From NCBI GenBank assembly GCA_030265395.1, contig JARFYF010000084.1, positions 43,013,614 through 43,077,613 on the forward strand: a stretch of 64,000 nucleotides of DNA, in the 5' to 3' direction. Origin of the DNA: Rhina ancylostomus. Its lineage: Eukaryota. Positions 13,115 to 26,175 of this stretch are shown piece after piece (position 1 is the first letter of the stretch; every line of letters starts with the position of its first letter). The translations under genes were made by a program, and so were the position numbers. The notes below the pieces were generated by a model. It ran no database searches and had not been told where the DNA came from. It saw only the letters and a list, made by a program, of their open reading frames with translations.

Positions 13115-14700
13115 AATGAATGACAAATGTAGGGAGATCAGCTTCAAGATTTTCCACTGCTGCACTGGAGGAGGCAAAGAGAAGTACTCTCCCAAGTGTA
13201 AGCAGATATTTGCGGTAGTTAGTGCTCTGACTTTAAACCCTGAGGACCTAGGTGTAGATCCTTAAAAATCTAAAAACGTCATTGGTTCATGAATGCAACA
13301 TGGAATCCCACAATACAGCCAGTTTTACTACCAGCCTCAGACACTGATCATTGTACTCTAGACCCATCGCTCACCTATCAAACCGGACTCACCTTGACCT
13401 CACACACTTTACATTGCTGCAAGCTTCAAATTCACATTTTACACCTTGCACACACTGCTGGTTATTCAACCACCACAGGCACGTTACCCAAATACATTGT
13501 TTGGCACTCACTGACACCCTTCCCTGTCTATTGAAGGACAAGATGCTACACAACCAGAAGCAGGCATAGCTGTGTAAACTGATTTACTTGGACGAGACAG
13601 CACTTTCCAGAAAATGGAGGGGCCTTGGTTAAAAATTGGCTAAAACAATGAAAGAGGATAGTATCCTAATACTTAATTTTCCTTTCTCATCCCTTCCCAC
13701 AATCTCTTCTGATTTGCAAACTGAAGATGCACCTCTTACTTGCTCTTCCTACCTTCATCACAGCCAAATGTTGTGCCTTTGTCCCTTCAAACAGGCAAGA
13801 GCTGAAGCATCCAGTCCATTGTGAAAGAGTAAGAAGATGGTGAAGATGAATAAATATCATTCAGTTTCACTCTCACATCCACTGGAGCAGATAATGATGC
13901 TGATGCTTGGTTATTTGGAAGATGGGTTGAGATCTGGGATGAGCATGCGTTAAGACATCAGGCCCAGGTGACTTGTAGGTTGGACAGGAGGTGAGGGATG
14001 TTCAGGTGCTGGTTCCCTGGAAGATTTGTGCATATGGTTTATCATGGAGGACTCAATCAGCTAGACTACAGAAATGTCTCAGTCAGCCTGTCATGATGCC
14101 TACATTTCGTGTTAAGCAGCATGGAATAGTCTAACACCAACCTTCCTCAGGGCTTTGCATAGAGTTTAGATCCCATGCTTTCCAAAATGGAAGTAACAAC
14201 TCTATTAGCACACTTGTGGACCCAACTCCAATGCAGCATCTGATGACTAATGAATCGGTTTCCATTGCAGCACAAGTAGAAGCCACCCAAACAATGGGAA
14301 GCTATCATAGAAGTTCATCTTGCAGCTATGTGTGATCAAGCTGTGCCTATTTTGCTTGTGGTTATAGTGTTCAAAAGGATATCCAGGACTATATAATGGT
14401 CCTGTAACCTTTCCTTCCTTAGTTTACTGAGGCAACACTCCTGGCAAATGCCAGAGGCTCCCTCAGGATTAAAATCTATGTACTTCCTTTAACTGCCTGC
14501 AGTCCCAAGAGGATGGATTTCAAAGCATTCCAGAACCTAAGATGTTCACGGTTGTCTTTTGTCTCACCCACTGTAAATTGGCAACCTTCCACCAGCCATG
14601 CTACAAGCAAGGAGCTGGCATTGCTCAAGAGTGCTAGGAAAAACAAAAGCAGACTCTAAAGGATGCACAGCTTGTTGCATTTATGCAGGAGAGCATGCAA
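13115..14700 (+). mobile_element. Degraded Harbinger Myb/SANT-like ORF2
   Basis: Fragments RSASRFSTAALEE, FAVVSALTL and, after an intron-like segment, KDKMLHNQKQA resemble the RAPRFS..ALE / K.AHNRR motifs of Harbinger Myb-like proteins. Many stops and frameshifts. Confidence 0.5.
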
Positions 14701-15071
14701 TGGTTTATAAATTTAATTTGGAAAGTGTGTTTTGTGCTGGGCCTTTGTTTATATATTGTGGACCAAATGGATAGTTTGGTCAACAAGTAAAGATGAGATA
14801 TGAGACTATTAGTGAATAGGGATTGTAGTTGAGTTTACTGGTGTGATAGTTAAATACATCAACCAGTAAAGGGGCAGAGTTAGGTTGCCAGCTCCCTTCT
14901 GTTTCTCCTTCTTCTGCTCAGCTGCTGGCCAAAACTGGTGCCAAATACTTCAGCATCACAAGGCACTTGATATGAACTCTATGATCTGATATAGGGTACA
15001 GTTTGAACCTTGACACTTGCTCTGTGGAATACTGCAAAGTTCCTTCAGAATGGCCCAAGCAATGGAAGTTC

Positions 15072-15277
15072 AAAAAATTGCAGATGCTGGAAGTCTGAAA
15101 TGGAAACAAAATGCTGTAAATACACAGCTCAGAGATAAACAGTATACTTAACTTTTCTTGGATCTAATAAAAGGTTTTCAACAGAAACGTTAATTTTGTT
15201 TCTCTTTCCTGACTTGCTGAATATTTCCAGCACATTCTCTCTTTTATTTCAGGTTTCCAGCATCTGCAGTTTTTTGC
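15072..15277. mobile_element. Older fold-back Penelope-derived element
   Basis: Ends aaaaattgcagatgctggaagtctgaaat and atttcaggtttccagcatctgcagtttttt are inverted copies of each other. Confidence 0.65.
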
Positions 15278-15294
15278 CAGGAACAGAAGTGTAG

Positions 15295-15480
15295 GGGCAG
15301 GCATGGTAATGTAGCGGTTAGCGTAACACTATTACAGCACCAGCGACCTGAGTTCAATTCCAGCCACTGTCTGTAAGGAGTTTGTATGTTCTCCCCGTGT
15401 CTGCGTGGATTTCCTCCAGGTGCTCCTGATTCCTCCCACATTCCAAAAGATGTACAGGTGAGGAAACACCTGTATGTTGG
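15295..15480 (+). mobile_element. tRNA-derived SINE
   Basis: A-box-like tagcggttagcg and B box gagttcaattcc, followed by the core gtaaggagtttgtatgttctccccgtg...cctcccacattccaaa. Confidence 0.8.
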
Positions 15481-15749
15481 TGTCACAATGTTGATCCAGA
15501 GCAAACTCAGAAAACCCAAATGCAGCACACTGATACAAGACTGAGTCAGGATGCTTCCTCAGGACAAGCACAGGCAGTAACTGGAAGGAGTCTTGCCTCG
15601 GAGATGAGAAGAGGAATCCCAACACAAACTGGATCTTCACAAAGGAATAGAGAACACAGGACTGCTCNNNNNNNNNNNNNNNNNNNNNNNNNNNNNNNNN
15701 NNNNNNNNNNNNNNNNNNNNNNNNNNNNNNNNNNNNNNNNNNNNNNNNN

Positions 15750-16450
15750 AGAACCATGACACCCTCAAGGTTGCCATGCAGGTCGATTGGGTTGTTAAGT
15801 AGTTGTATGGTGTGTTGGCCTTCACTAGTTGGGGTATTGTGTTCAAGAGCCATGAGGTGATGTAGAACTGTAGGTGCAGCTCTGTAGAACTCTGGTTAGA
15901 CCACAATTGGAGTATTGTGTTCAGTTTTGGTTGCCTCATTATAAGAAGGATGTGGAAGTTTTAGAGAAGGTGCAGAGGAGATTCACCAGGATGCTGCCTG
16001 GATTAGAGAGCATGTCTTATAATGATAGATTGAGTGAGTTAGGGCTTTTCTCTTTGGAGAGAAGGAGGATGAGAGGTGACTTGATAGAAGTGTACAGGAT
16101 AATAAGACTCATAGATCGAGTGGACAGTCAGAGACTTTTTCCCAGGGTGAAAATGCATAACACGAGGGGGTATAATTTTAAGGTAATTGGAGGAATTTAT
16201 AAGGGGGATGTCAGAGGTATAAGTTTTTTACACAGAAAGTGGTGGGTATATGGAATACACTCCCAGCAGAGGTTGTGGGGGCAGGTACATTAGGGACATT
16301 TAAGAGACTCTGAGATTGCCACATGAATGATAGACAAATGGAGGGCTGTGTGGGAAGGAAGAGTTAGATAGACCTTAGAGCAGGATAAAATGTCAGCATA
16401 ACACCATGCACCGAAGGGCCTGTACTGTGCTGCAATGTTCGATGTTCTAT
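15750..16450 (+). mobile_element. CR1 LINE 3' fragment
   Basis: ORF 15874-16293 LVRPQLEYCVQFWLPHYKKDVEVLEKVQRRFTRMLPGL... followed by the CR1 tail. Confidence 0.9.
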
Positions 16451-18362
16451 GAATGCTCACCCTAAAGAAGCCCTGCTCCTCTCTCCAGTGGAATTTCCTT
16501 TTGTCTGAGTTACCTTGTTCACCCCCAATAGTATTGGATTCCCTTCTTGGTTTTGACAAGATGTTGAGTGGATATCTAACTTTTCTAAGTTCTGATGAGA
16601 AGTCATTGATTCATCAACCTGAAATGCTAATTCTGTCCCTCTCTCCAGAGATGCTGCCTGAAAACTTAGATATTTCCAGTGGTGTTTTTATATTCTCATT
16701 TTGTGGCTTTCTTGGCTACTAGCTGCCTAAGTGTGTGTGGGTTATTGCAACAGTGTCAAGAGTGATATCAGCAGCAGATAATACTTGGTGATAAGTAGTC
16801 TCGCTTTGCTTTGTTGTGGTGGTTGATGTGGAGATGGCACAGTGGGTGGCTATAATATGAAGGCATCATGATCCGTGTGATTTCATTTACTGTGCATGGT
16901 TGCACACCAGTTGAACATCGAGGGAGTGGAATGCCTTTTGGTTATTGTACATCTCAGGGTGGTCACATGACCCTTGCTAAGTGAAGCACTTGCAATCAAT
17001 GGCACTCTGCACCATGCAGTGGCTAACAACCCCAGAAAACTTTGTGCTCTCTCTACTGGACAGTCTNNNNNNNNNNNNNNNNNNNNNNNNNNNNNNNNNN
17101 NNNNNNNNNNNNNNNNNNNNNNNNNNNNNNNNNNNNNNNNNNNNNNNNNNNNNNNNNNNNNNNNNNNNNNNNNNNNNNNNNNNNNNNNNNNNNNNNNNNN
17201 NNNNNNNNNNNNNNNNNNNNNNNNNNNNNNNNNNNNNNNNNNNNNNNNNNNNNNNNNNNNNNNNNNNNNNNNNNNNNNNNNNNNNNNNNNNNNNNNNNNN
17301 NNNNNNNNNNNNNNNNNNNNNNNNNNNNNNNNNNNNNNNNNNNNNNNNNNNNNNNNNNNNNNNNNNNNNNNNNNNNNNNNNNNNNNNNNNNNNNNNNNNN
17401 NNNNNNNNNNNNNNNNNNNNNNNNNCTCTACTCAGAGGGACAAGTTTTCTCAGGTATTCATATCCAGGAGCAACCTGTTTCTCCAAAATTGTGAGGTCAA
17501 CACCTGCAGTTCTGCTCCCTGTACTGCAGACACCATCACTTTTAAAGAAAGCAACAAATTGTCGTACAATTGTGGCAACTGTCAATAAAAATTAATCAGC
17601 AACCAACTGAAAAACAGTTGATGATCCTTTCAAAATAGACATGATTGGGGTGAGGGTGCCTTCTTCCTGCCGAAAGTGTGTTCACCTAAGCAAGATTAAG
17701 AGGAGGTATTCGTCCAAAATGATAGTACGCACCTCTGGAACATCTGTAGGATGCTTTTGACACTTCTCTTCAGGTTTTCTGCTCAGCAGCAAGCGTGATT
17801 GACAGGTAGATATAACTGTTGCTTGGGAATTCCTGTGCAGAAAGAATCAACAGAACAAGAAGAGGAAGAGGGGTAGGTAGAAGAGGAAGAGATTACTGTT
17901 GAAGTTCTGCTTGTGGAGGATGGTGGTGAGAGAGATCACAGGAGATCATAGTTGGTGGGGAAAGACTACGGGGACATTGTGAAAGTGATGGCCGCAGGAA
18001 AGGGTTTGAGTAGAATCATTTTGAACATAAGGTGGGATGGAATGTAGTCTCCAAAGGAAAGTAAATTTATTTACAAAAATAATTTGAATCCTGATAACAC
18101 ATTAGAAATTGCTGATAATTCATCATTGTCTGTGTTAGAAGTTCAAGGCACTCGATCAGTTTAAATGTAATGATTTTTGTACATTCATATCTTGAAAATG
18201 GATAGTGTGGAAAAACTGGATACATATGCGAAGAGGTCACAACTGGAAGGTGTCAGTTGTAGAGATGAAGCTTACAGAATCTTATCTGGCCTGGCAGTTC
18301 CCTTTCTTTCTGAACACAGACTTACAGTTGATAAAACATGTGATAAATCAGTCTGAGGATGA

Positions 18363-18569
<207 letters not shown>

Positions 18570-19092
18570 TAAAAGCACAAAGATTGATATTTGAGACTGA
18601 AGTGATGAAGTTAATTTATTAAAGGGTTGCCATGGTGCTTTAGTCAATGGTGAATTTGCTGGTGACAAGCCTTCAAACAAAGTGTTCATTGGCTCCCTGT
18701 ACACCAACTGTTCAACACACACACAGCTACTTTTCAACTTCTTGGCATCTGTGGTTTTCCCTCCAACTTTATTATCAGACATTCTTGAATAAGTTTTCTA
18801 ACTGCTTCCTGCTGAATATTTGGCAGATTTAAGGTGAGAAGGATGGAACACAGCCCAGGGACGACAGCTACATTCCCACTTCCTGACATACCCTCTCATT
18901 TCCCACTCCCTGGTATTGAAGGAATTTATCTTTATGCAAGGAAATGTACAACTGAAGAAACCAATATTTCCTCAGATTGAATTATTTTAATACTGATCTA
19001 AAAGAACTTCATTTGGATTCAGGTAGCTAAGTTAGAATTTCATAATAAATTCCTCTCGGGATGCATGCAAACTGGGTTAAATCAAACACACA

Positions 19093-19545
19093 TAAGACAA
19101 TAAGATATAGGAGCAGACTTAGGCCATTCAGCCTATCAAGTCTGCTCCGCCATTCAATCACACTCTCCCGCCTTTTCTCCATAACCCTTAACCTTCTTTA
19201 CCAATCAAGAACCTATCAATCTCTGCCTTAAATACACCCAATGACCTGGCCTCTATAGCCCTCTGTGGCAACGAATTCCACAGATTCACCACCCTCTGGC
19301 TGAAGAAATTCCTCCTCAATCTCAGGTTTAANNNNNNNNNNNNNNNNNNNNNNNNNNNNNNNNNNNNNNNNNNNNNNNNNNNNNNNNNNNNNNNNNNNNN
19401 NNNNNNNNNNNNNNNNNNNNNNNNNNNNNNNCCGTGGCAACGAATTCCACAGATTCACCACCCTCTGGCTGAAGAAATTCCTCCTCAATCTCAGGTTTAA
19501 AGGGACATCCCTTTATCCTGAGGCTGTGCACTCGGATCCCAGACG
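19093..19545 (-). mobile_element. CR1 3' fragment spanning a gap
   Basis: Minus strand reads GHSLRIKGCPFKPE.RRNFFSQRVVNLWNSLP. Confidence 0.85.
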
Positions 19546-20139
19546 TCACATAAACAAATGTGGAATTTTGAACAAGGATCTCCTTGATCAATGACCACCA
19601 TTTATTGATCATTCAATCTGAATGCACCTCCACCCATATTAATAACTCAGTTCTTAAGATACCTTCTTAGAGCTGAGATTCCTTAAACTGTGAGATTGCT
19701 TTCAGATTTGGAGCAGGTTTTCAAACACAACTTGAACCAAATCATCATCACTGAGCCTGTGCTACCAATTCCTGATTTTCTCATGCAAATTTCTGGCATC
19801 TGTTTAAGTTACAATAAAAACTTCTATGATTGCACCTTCTTAAATGTTATGTTTTAGTTACACTCTGTGATCTGGGCACAAACTGACATAATTTTGGCAA
19901 GCCTTTTTTCCCTCATTTCTATTCTAACAGCACATAACTAATTTTAAAAGATATATTAAGTAAATGTATTTGGGAGAGACAAAATGTGAAGTTTGTGTAA
20001 TATATGTGAAAATGAGTTAATTGCAAAAAGTAACTATTTCAGAGTATCTACTCCACTAAGGTCACTTTAAATGTCATTCCTCTCTCTGCCTCCCAATCGA
20101 TTACAGAGCTATCTTTCCACCTTTCTCTGCATTTTAAAA

Positions 20140-20378
20140 CAAACAATCTACTGAAAGAACTCAGCAGATCAAGTAGCATCTGTGGGAGGAAAGGAACTGT
20201 CGATGATTTGGGTTGAAACCCTGCATCAGGACCTAAAGCTGATACTGGTCCTGATGCAAGGTTTCGACTCGGAACATCAACAGTTCCTTTCCTCCCACAG
20301 ATGCTGCTTGACCTATTGAGTGCTTCCTGCAGATTGTTTGTTGCTCCAGATTCCAGCATCTGCAGTCTCTTGTGTCTC
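20140..20378. mobile_element. Fold-back Penelope-derived element with 15-bp TSD, nested in an older related copy (~20080-20545)
   Basis: CTCTGCATTTTAAAA at 20125-20139 and 20379-20393. Arms ~20140-20233 and ~20247-20342 are inverted copies. Confidence 0.85.
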
Positions 20379-21683
20379 CTCTGCATTTTAAAATCTGTTT
20401 ATCTCTAACTTTTCCCAGTTCCAGTGAAGCATCTGTGACCAACAATGCTAACTCTAATTCTCTTTCAGCAGATGCTGCCTGAATGTTTCCAGCATTTTAC
20501 ATTCCTATTTCAGGTTTACAGCATCTGGGTATTTTGCTTTTGATTTTTTCTAATTGAAACTAACCTTACAAAAATGTACAGACGGATTTTCTACTTATTT
20601 TGGTGTATGCAGTAAGTTTCTTAGTGTAATTCTTAGAATTTCTTAGAAATTCCTTTTATCTTTTTTGCATTACTCATGATGTCAGATGAATCATTGCTGC
20701 ACCATGTTCCAACAGAAATTCCATGACATTTTCCATGATTGATAGTTAAATGATTGAAATTTTAATTTTCTTTCTTAAAGAAGAAATACATGGTGTGAGT
20801 ACAGCACTTGAGCAGCAATTGTTGATTTCCTGTTTTTTCTTCCCATTTTATATTTGTGTGTGTTGTATTGAGATTTGCAGGAAATTAGAGCACAACTGGA
20901 TTGATGTAGAATGGGTGCATTTTCAGGTATAATTTCTGGATTGTAATTAGGTAAGTAATTCCATTCTGCAGGATTCTAAAGTTTGCAGGGAAACACCAAT
21001 GAATTTTTTGCAATCAGATCAATGGAATGTGCAGCAATGGATGTACATGTGACCAGTAAAGATATCTTGTCTTAGCTTAGCTGGGAAAGGCAAGCTGAAA
21101 ACACTTACTTAAAAAACAGTGCATTTCACAGGCTGCACAGAGATCATTTCCATTGTCATGGTCAAGACTTTTCACTCCAGTACATCAATCTCCCCATCTC
21201 TCATTTGGAGACACTTGCCATAAGAGGTCAACTGACATGCCCCAATGTTTAAGCAACCTCCAGACTGGTGATCGCTGAGGTTGGGGTCACATGTCTATGC
21301 CGAGTGGAAGTCCTACAGAAATGGGAAAATCTTAGATTGTAAAATCTACTGTTCATTTGCTTTCTACCTAATGGAATTATTCACAGTTTTGTTGTGAAGC
21401 AGCAAACACTCATATTGTCTGAAAAGTCATGTGCAGATCTTTACAAAGTCCTGGGGCAGGTAGCTGAAATTCTATCATAGTGTAAAAAGTTTCTTTAAAG
21501 CTTAAGGAGGTGAAAGAAGCTGATTATCCAAGGAACAATCCAAATATGTGAACCTCACTTATTAGATCTATGCAAGCCCTTAATGATAGAGAATCAATTT
21601 TTATTTCTTTTAGTATAAATTCAAAAACCTTTTCTTCCCTCATCATTTGCACTTCTATGTTTAAATAATACTTTTACTTGTAG

Positions 21684-21830
21684 GTCACAGAACGAGAACT
21701 CAAGTCAGGAGGGGCCAATATTCAAGTATCAGAGAAAAACAAAAAGGAATATATCGAGCGGATGGTGAAATGGAGAGTGGAAAGAGGTGTTGTTCAGCAG
21801 ACTGAAGCCTTGGTTCGTGGTTTCTATGAG
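21684..21830 (+). CDS. HECW1: HECW1 exon ([49 protein letters not shown])
   Basis: Acceptor ttttacttgtAG and donor GTAGAT; 147 nt, phase 0-0. KSGG, WRVERG and TEALV are HECW1-type residues. Confidence 0.95.
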
Positions 21831-22959
21831 GTAGATTGAAATCTTCAGAAACTTGAAGATGTACATGTGCTTAATCAGTAAAACATAGCATTCCCTCCAC
21901 AGAGGCTATTAGATTTCCTGAGAGTTTCCTGCTCTGCTTTTATTTCAGGTTCCTTGGCATCAATGCATTTTGCTTTAGTAAATGATTGGAGAAATTCCTT
22001 TAAATTTAATTTTCAATTGAGTTTCTACTTCCAACTGAATGCACCATCCAATCACCAACAGCCCATTCTCTCCCAATACCCCAGCCCCCAATGGCTACAC
22101 CCACTCCTTATTCTCCCCAGTTTTGAAAGCATTTGTTCTTTGGTGGGGGAAATCATATGTACTGACCAAGTTCTTAGTGTGTAATCCTGGGAAGCAAAGA
22201 TTGACAAACTACTTAGTGTAACAGCTGAGCTCGATCCTGTCCAGAGCAAACTTTCAGCGGAAGGCACTGGATATGGATCATATGTAGGAATTGAGACTAT
22301 TACTATATTGACTGAGTCAATTACTATATGGGCTGAGATTAGGTAGTGCAGAACATCTAAAGCTTGTGAATTTTGGACAATTAGTTATCCAGGAGCTGGG
22401 GCAAGTGATCTGATGTTGACTGGTGTGAATTTTTGGGTGACAACGTCATTGTTAAAATAGAATCCTTGCTCAACTTGCAGTTCCTAATCAGAATTCTAAG
22501 ACTGATTGCACAATGATCCTGATGGAAGTTATTACAAGTGGAATTTATGACTAATGGATGTTACGAGTCATAAATGAATTTCTGACACAAAGTGTACTGG
22601 TGGATAAATTCACTGTTTTTCTTTGATGTGATGTCATGCAATTAAAATCTTGAATCAGAAAATAGATTAGAATATATCTGATTCTAAGTGAGCAAAATCA
22701 AACAGTCCTTGAACTGCCCTCTACGTTCTCTATTTAATGTTATGGGGACTTGGTCCACTGAGCTATCAGTCACAGTTACTACTCCATGATGAAGACCTGC
22801 TCCTTTGGAAGTTCCTATTTATTTGACTTCCCCCTTCCATCTGCTGGTTATGAGATTACTTAACTCTGCCTATTGTGTATTGTATTTTCTGATTAAAATA
22901 TGTGTAGTCCCACGTTGTAGCTTCACCAAGTTGGCAATTCATTTTTGGGTACAATTGGT

Positions 22960-23445
22960 GCTGTCTGTGTGCCCTTCTACAACTCAGCACATCATGGAAT
23001 CCAGCTTCCCCTCCATAGACGCTGTCTACACTTCCCGCTGCCTTGATAAAGCAGCCAACATAACCAAAGACCCCACCCACCCCAAACATTTCTCTTCTCC
23101 CCCCCCCCTTCTATTGGGCAGAAGATACAAAAGCCTGAAAGCCATACCAGCAGGCTCAAGGACAGCTTCTAATAACAGTGGGATAGAATACTGAATGGTC
23201 CCCTTGTGGGATAAAAATGGACTCTAGACTCACAGTGTACCTCGTCATGGCCTTGCACCTTATTGCCTGCCTACACTGCACTTCCTCTGTAATGGTAACG
23301 CTTTATTCTGCATTCTGTTATTTGCTTTTCCCTGGTACTACCTCAACATACTGATGTGATGAAATGATCTGTATGGATGGCATGCAAAATAAGGTTTTTC
23401 ACTGTACCTCAGTGCATGTGACAATAATAAACCAATTTACCATTA
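22960..23445 (+). mobile_element. Rex1/Babar LINE 3' fragment
   Basis: Reads PSIDAVYTSRCLDKAANITKDPTHP..LGRRYKSLKA, then the tail gtgcatgtgacaataataaacc. Confidence 0.75.
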
Positions 23446-24007
23446 AAGGTTGATCTCCTGGGTTGGTAGTTCCTCTAATACACCCTCTGGTAGTGTGTCC
23501 TGCCAATGGGACAGGAGGTACTCAGTCCGGGAGTTTGTCTGTAAAGTATAATTTTATGACGAAGATTATCTCAGACTGTTGCCTGACTAATCTGTGGGAC
23601 AACCCTCTCAATTTAAAAACTAATTTAGATTTTTATCTGGAGGATTTTGCAAGTTCGACTGGGTTAGGAGCGACTTTGATGCATCCAAATTCAGTGCCTT
23701 GGTTGATGCTGGATGATCTTATTCCTTTCTGTGGCAGTTATGGTACAATGTCTTGCCAGCCCATTCTTAGGTCTGGAGTCACATACCGGCCAGATAGGTA
23801 CATTTCCTCCCCGAGGGACCTTAAGAAACCAGGGGAGTTTTTAACAATGTCACTGCTAGTTTTTTTTTCAATTTCCAGATTATTAACTGAACGTAAAATT
23901 CACAGCNNNNNNNNNNNNNNNNNNNNNNNNNNNNNNNNNNNNNNNNNNNNNNNNNNNNNNNNNNNNNNNNNNNNNNNNNNNNNNNNNNNNNNNNNNNNNN
24001 NNNNNNA

Positions 24008-24150
24008 CCTCATCTTCATCATGGATGTCCAGTCCCTGTACGCCTCCATTCCCCAATGTGGCGGCCTCACCGCCCTCTGCTTCTTTCTTGACCAGAGGAA
24101 CCACGGATGCTGCCTGGCCTGCTGAGTTCCTCCAGCATCATAGTGTTTTC
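24008..24150 (+). mobile_element. Penelope RT fragment joined to Penelope tail
   Basis: LIFIMDVQSLYASIP matches the PLE RT D..SLY..IP motif and is fused to gatgctgcctggcctgctgagttcctccagc. Confidence 0.75.
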
Positions 24151-24339
24151 CAACCCATTTACTTTAATCCTGTACTAATCCCAAATTTTATTCTCCTTAC
24201 ATTCCGTTCAAGTTTATTGTTGTCTTAGGGTGTGGATGCCGTGAAAATTAGCTTTTTGCAGCAGCAGCCCAGTATTACAAGGACAAACATACGTTAGCAT
24301 AAACTTAAATTAATCTAAATTATACGCAATTGTACTATC

Positions 24340-24560
24340 GTCCCCCTAAATTCTACCATTCACCTACACAATAGGGGCAATTTACGGTGAAGAATGAACT
24401 TACCGAGGGTACGGCTTTGGGATACTGGAGGAAACCAGAGGGAACTCACACGGTCACAGGGAGAATGTACATACTTCACACCTGCAGCACCAGAGGTCAG
24501 GATTGAACCTGGCTTGCAGGATCTCGTGAGACAGCAGCTCCACTAGCTGAGCCACTCTGC
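24340..24560 (-). mobile_element. tRNA-derived SINE
   Basis: ggaggaaaccagagggaactcacacggtcacagggagaatg...aggattgaacctgg (reverse-complement B box). Confidence 0.7.
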
Positions 24561-25299
24561 CTCCCACAGGTCAGTGAGGCAGAAGGGGACTTACAAATGT
24601 TCTGCTTTGGAAATATCTCCTGTCACCCTCAGGCAGACCCAGGGAATCTTCTCTTGCCGGAGGGGGAGATGTCAGTCTGTCATTCCACAGCTTGCCCCTG
24701 GAGGCTGTATCACCATGGTAATGATCTGGATAAGACAGCACTCCAAATTAAAAGCTACCCACTGTACATTGAATTTGACAGCTCTGGCCGTCACTTAGCA
24801 TGAGATCTTAAAATGGCAGGGTTCTGTAAATTAAAAGAGCTACATTTCTACCGAAGACCAGACAAATCCCCGGTGGTCCAGCTCAACAGCAGAATTGGTA
24901 TTTGGTAGGGTCCCAAGCTGGTTATAGATGAGGAAGGCCCCATTCTAAGTGGCCTGTACTCTCCTCCCAGTTTAAGCAGCCAACTGCTGTCTGAATAACT
25001 CTGCTAACCTAGCCACGTTTGTCCCAGGTGTTGTCCAAATTTGGCCTGGTCCTGGTCTTATTTTTGTCCCTCCCCAACTTGAAGTGATGCTTAAACCTTC
25101 AATTGGTTGAACCTACTGGGTATGGCTGGGAATATGGGGAGAATAAAATGGGATAATAGTCAGATTGCTGTAAATGGGTGCTTGATGGCCAGCACAGATC
25201 TGGTGGGCCGAAGGTTCTGACTCTCTGCTGTATGACTCCCTGACTCTACTTCCAGAGGGCATGGTTTATTTCTAAGTGGTGCCCCAAATTTTCCTTTTT

Positions 25300-25640
25300 A
25301 AGACCATAAAACCATAAGATATAGGAGTAGAATTAGGCCATTCGGCCCCTCGAGTCTGCTCTGCTTTTCAATCATGGCTGATATTTCAACCCCATTCTCC
25401 TTGTAACCCCTAACCCCCTTACCAATCAAGAACCCATCAATCTCTGCCTTAAATACACCCAATGACTTGGCCTCCACAGCCGCCCGTGGCAACAGATTCC
25501 ACAGATTCACCGCCCTCTGGCTGAAGAAATTTCTCCTCATCTCAGTTTTGAAGGGACGACCCTTCATTCTGAGGCTGTGCCCTCTGGTCCTAGGCTCTCC
25601 TACTAATGAAATCATCCTCTCCACATCCACTCTGTCCATA
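25300..25640 (-). mobile_element. CR1 3' fragment
   Basis: ORF 25298-25639 DRVDVERMISLVGEPRTRGHSLRMKGRPFKTEMRRNFFSQRAVNLWN. Confidence 0.9.
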
Positions 25641-25865
25641 GTTTCTAAAATCTTTATTTCTATAGCAAGAGCAGAATCAACAGCAGTTCATGTAGCTTCT
25701 GGGGAAGGAGAAACAGAGGTAACTGGGAGCACTCTGATGCCATTGGTAGAGCTGCAGTCTCACAGCTGCAGCAGCCAGAGCTCAAGCCTGACCTTGAGAG
25801 CTGTCTGTGTGGAGTTTGCATGTTCTCTCTGTGACCACATGGGTTTTGCCTGGCTGATCCAGTCT

Positions 25866-26175
25866 CATAGAACATTACAGCACAGTACAGGCCCTTCAGC
25901 CCACCATGTTGTGCCAACATTTTATCCTGCTGTAAGATCTATCTAACCCTTCCCTCCCACATAGCTCCCCATTTCTCTATCATTCATGTGTCTATCTAAG
26001 AGTCTGTAATGTATTTGCTCCCGCAACCTCTGCAGGCAGTGCGTTCCATGCACCCACCACTCTCTGTTAAAAATACTTACCCCTCACACCCGACGTATAC
26101 CTTCCTCCAATCACCTTAAAATTATGTCCCCTCGTATTAACCATTGTCGCCCTGGGAAAAAGTCTCTGACTGTCC
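25866..26175 (-). mobile_element. CR1 3' fragment (same subfamily as 15750-16450)
   Basis: Minus strand reads DSQRLFPRATMVNTRGHNFKVIGG; tail cacagtacaggcccttc. Confidence 0.85.

Larger units (their letters stand above)
14880..17066 (-). mobile_element. Degraded Harbinger (HARBI1-like) DDE transposase split by nested insertions
   Basis: Minus strand 16700-17040 reads VQSAIDCK..HPEMYNNQKAFHSLDVQLVCNH..HDAFIL..ESH. Minus strand 14980-15075 reads FHCLGHSEGTLQYSTEQVSRF. Together these match GAIDCTH..NRKGFHSLNVQ..HDAFIL..FRCL..LQYSPE. Confidence 0.8.

Noticed and set aside
15295-15370. tRNA-like sequence with A and B boxes (also 38130-38200 on -)
   Set aside because: These are heads of multi-copy SINEs followed by SINE core sequence, not tRNA genes.
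16974-17595. Longest ORFs in the track (about 200 aa), also 23463-24125
   Set aside because: They are long only because they run through N gaps.
17426-17800. Possible continuation of the Harbinger transposase or a retroviral-type protease remnant after the gap
   Set aside because: Translations give only vague similarity; it cannot be assigned without a profile search.
19262-19500. Direct repeat of ~70 bp on both sides of the 100-N gap at 19332-19431
   Set aside because: Near-identical contig ends inside a CR1 flanking a placeholder gap; most likely an unmerged assembly overlap, not a tandem duplication.
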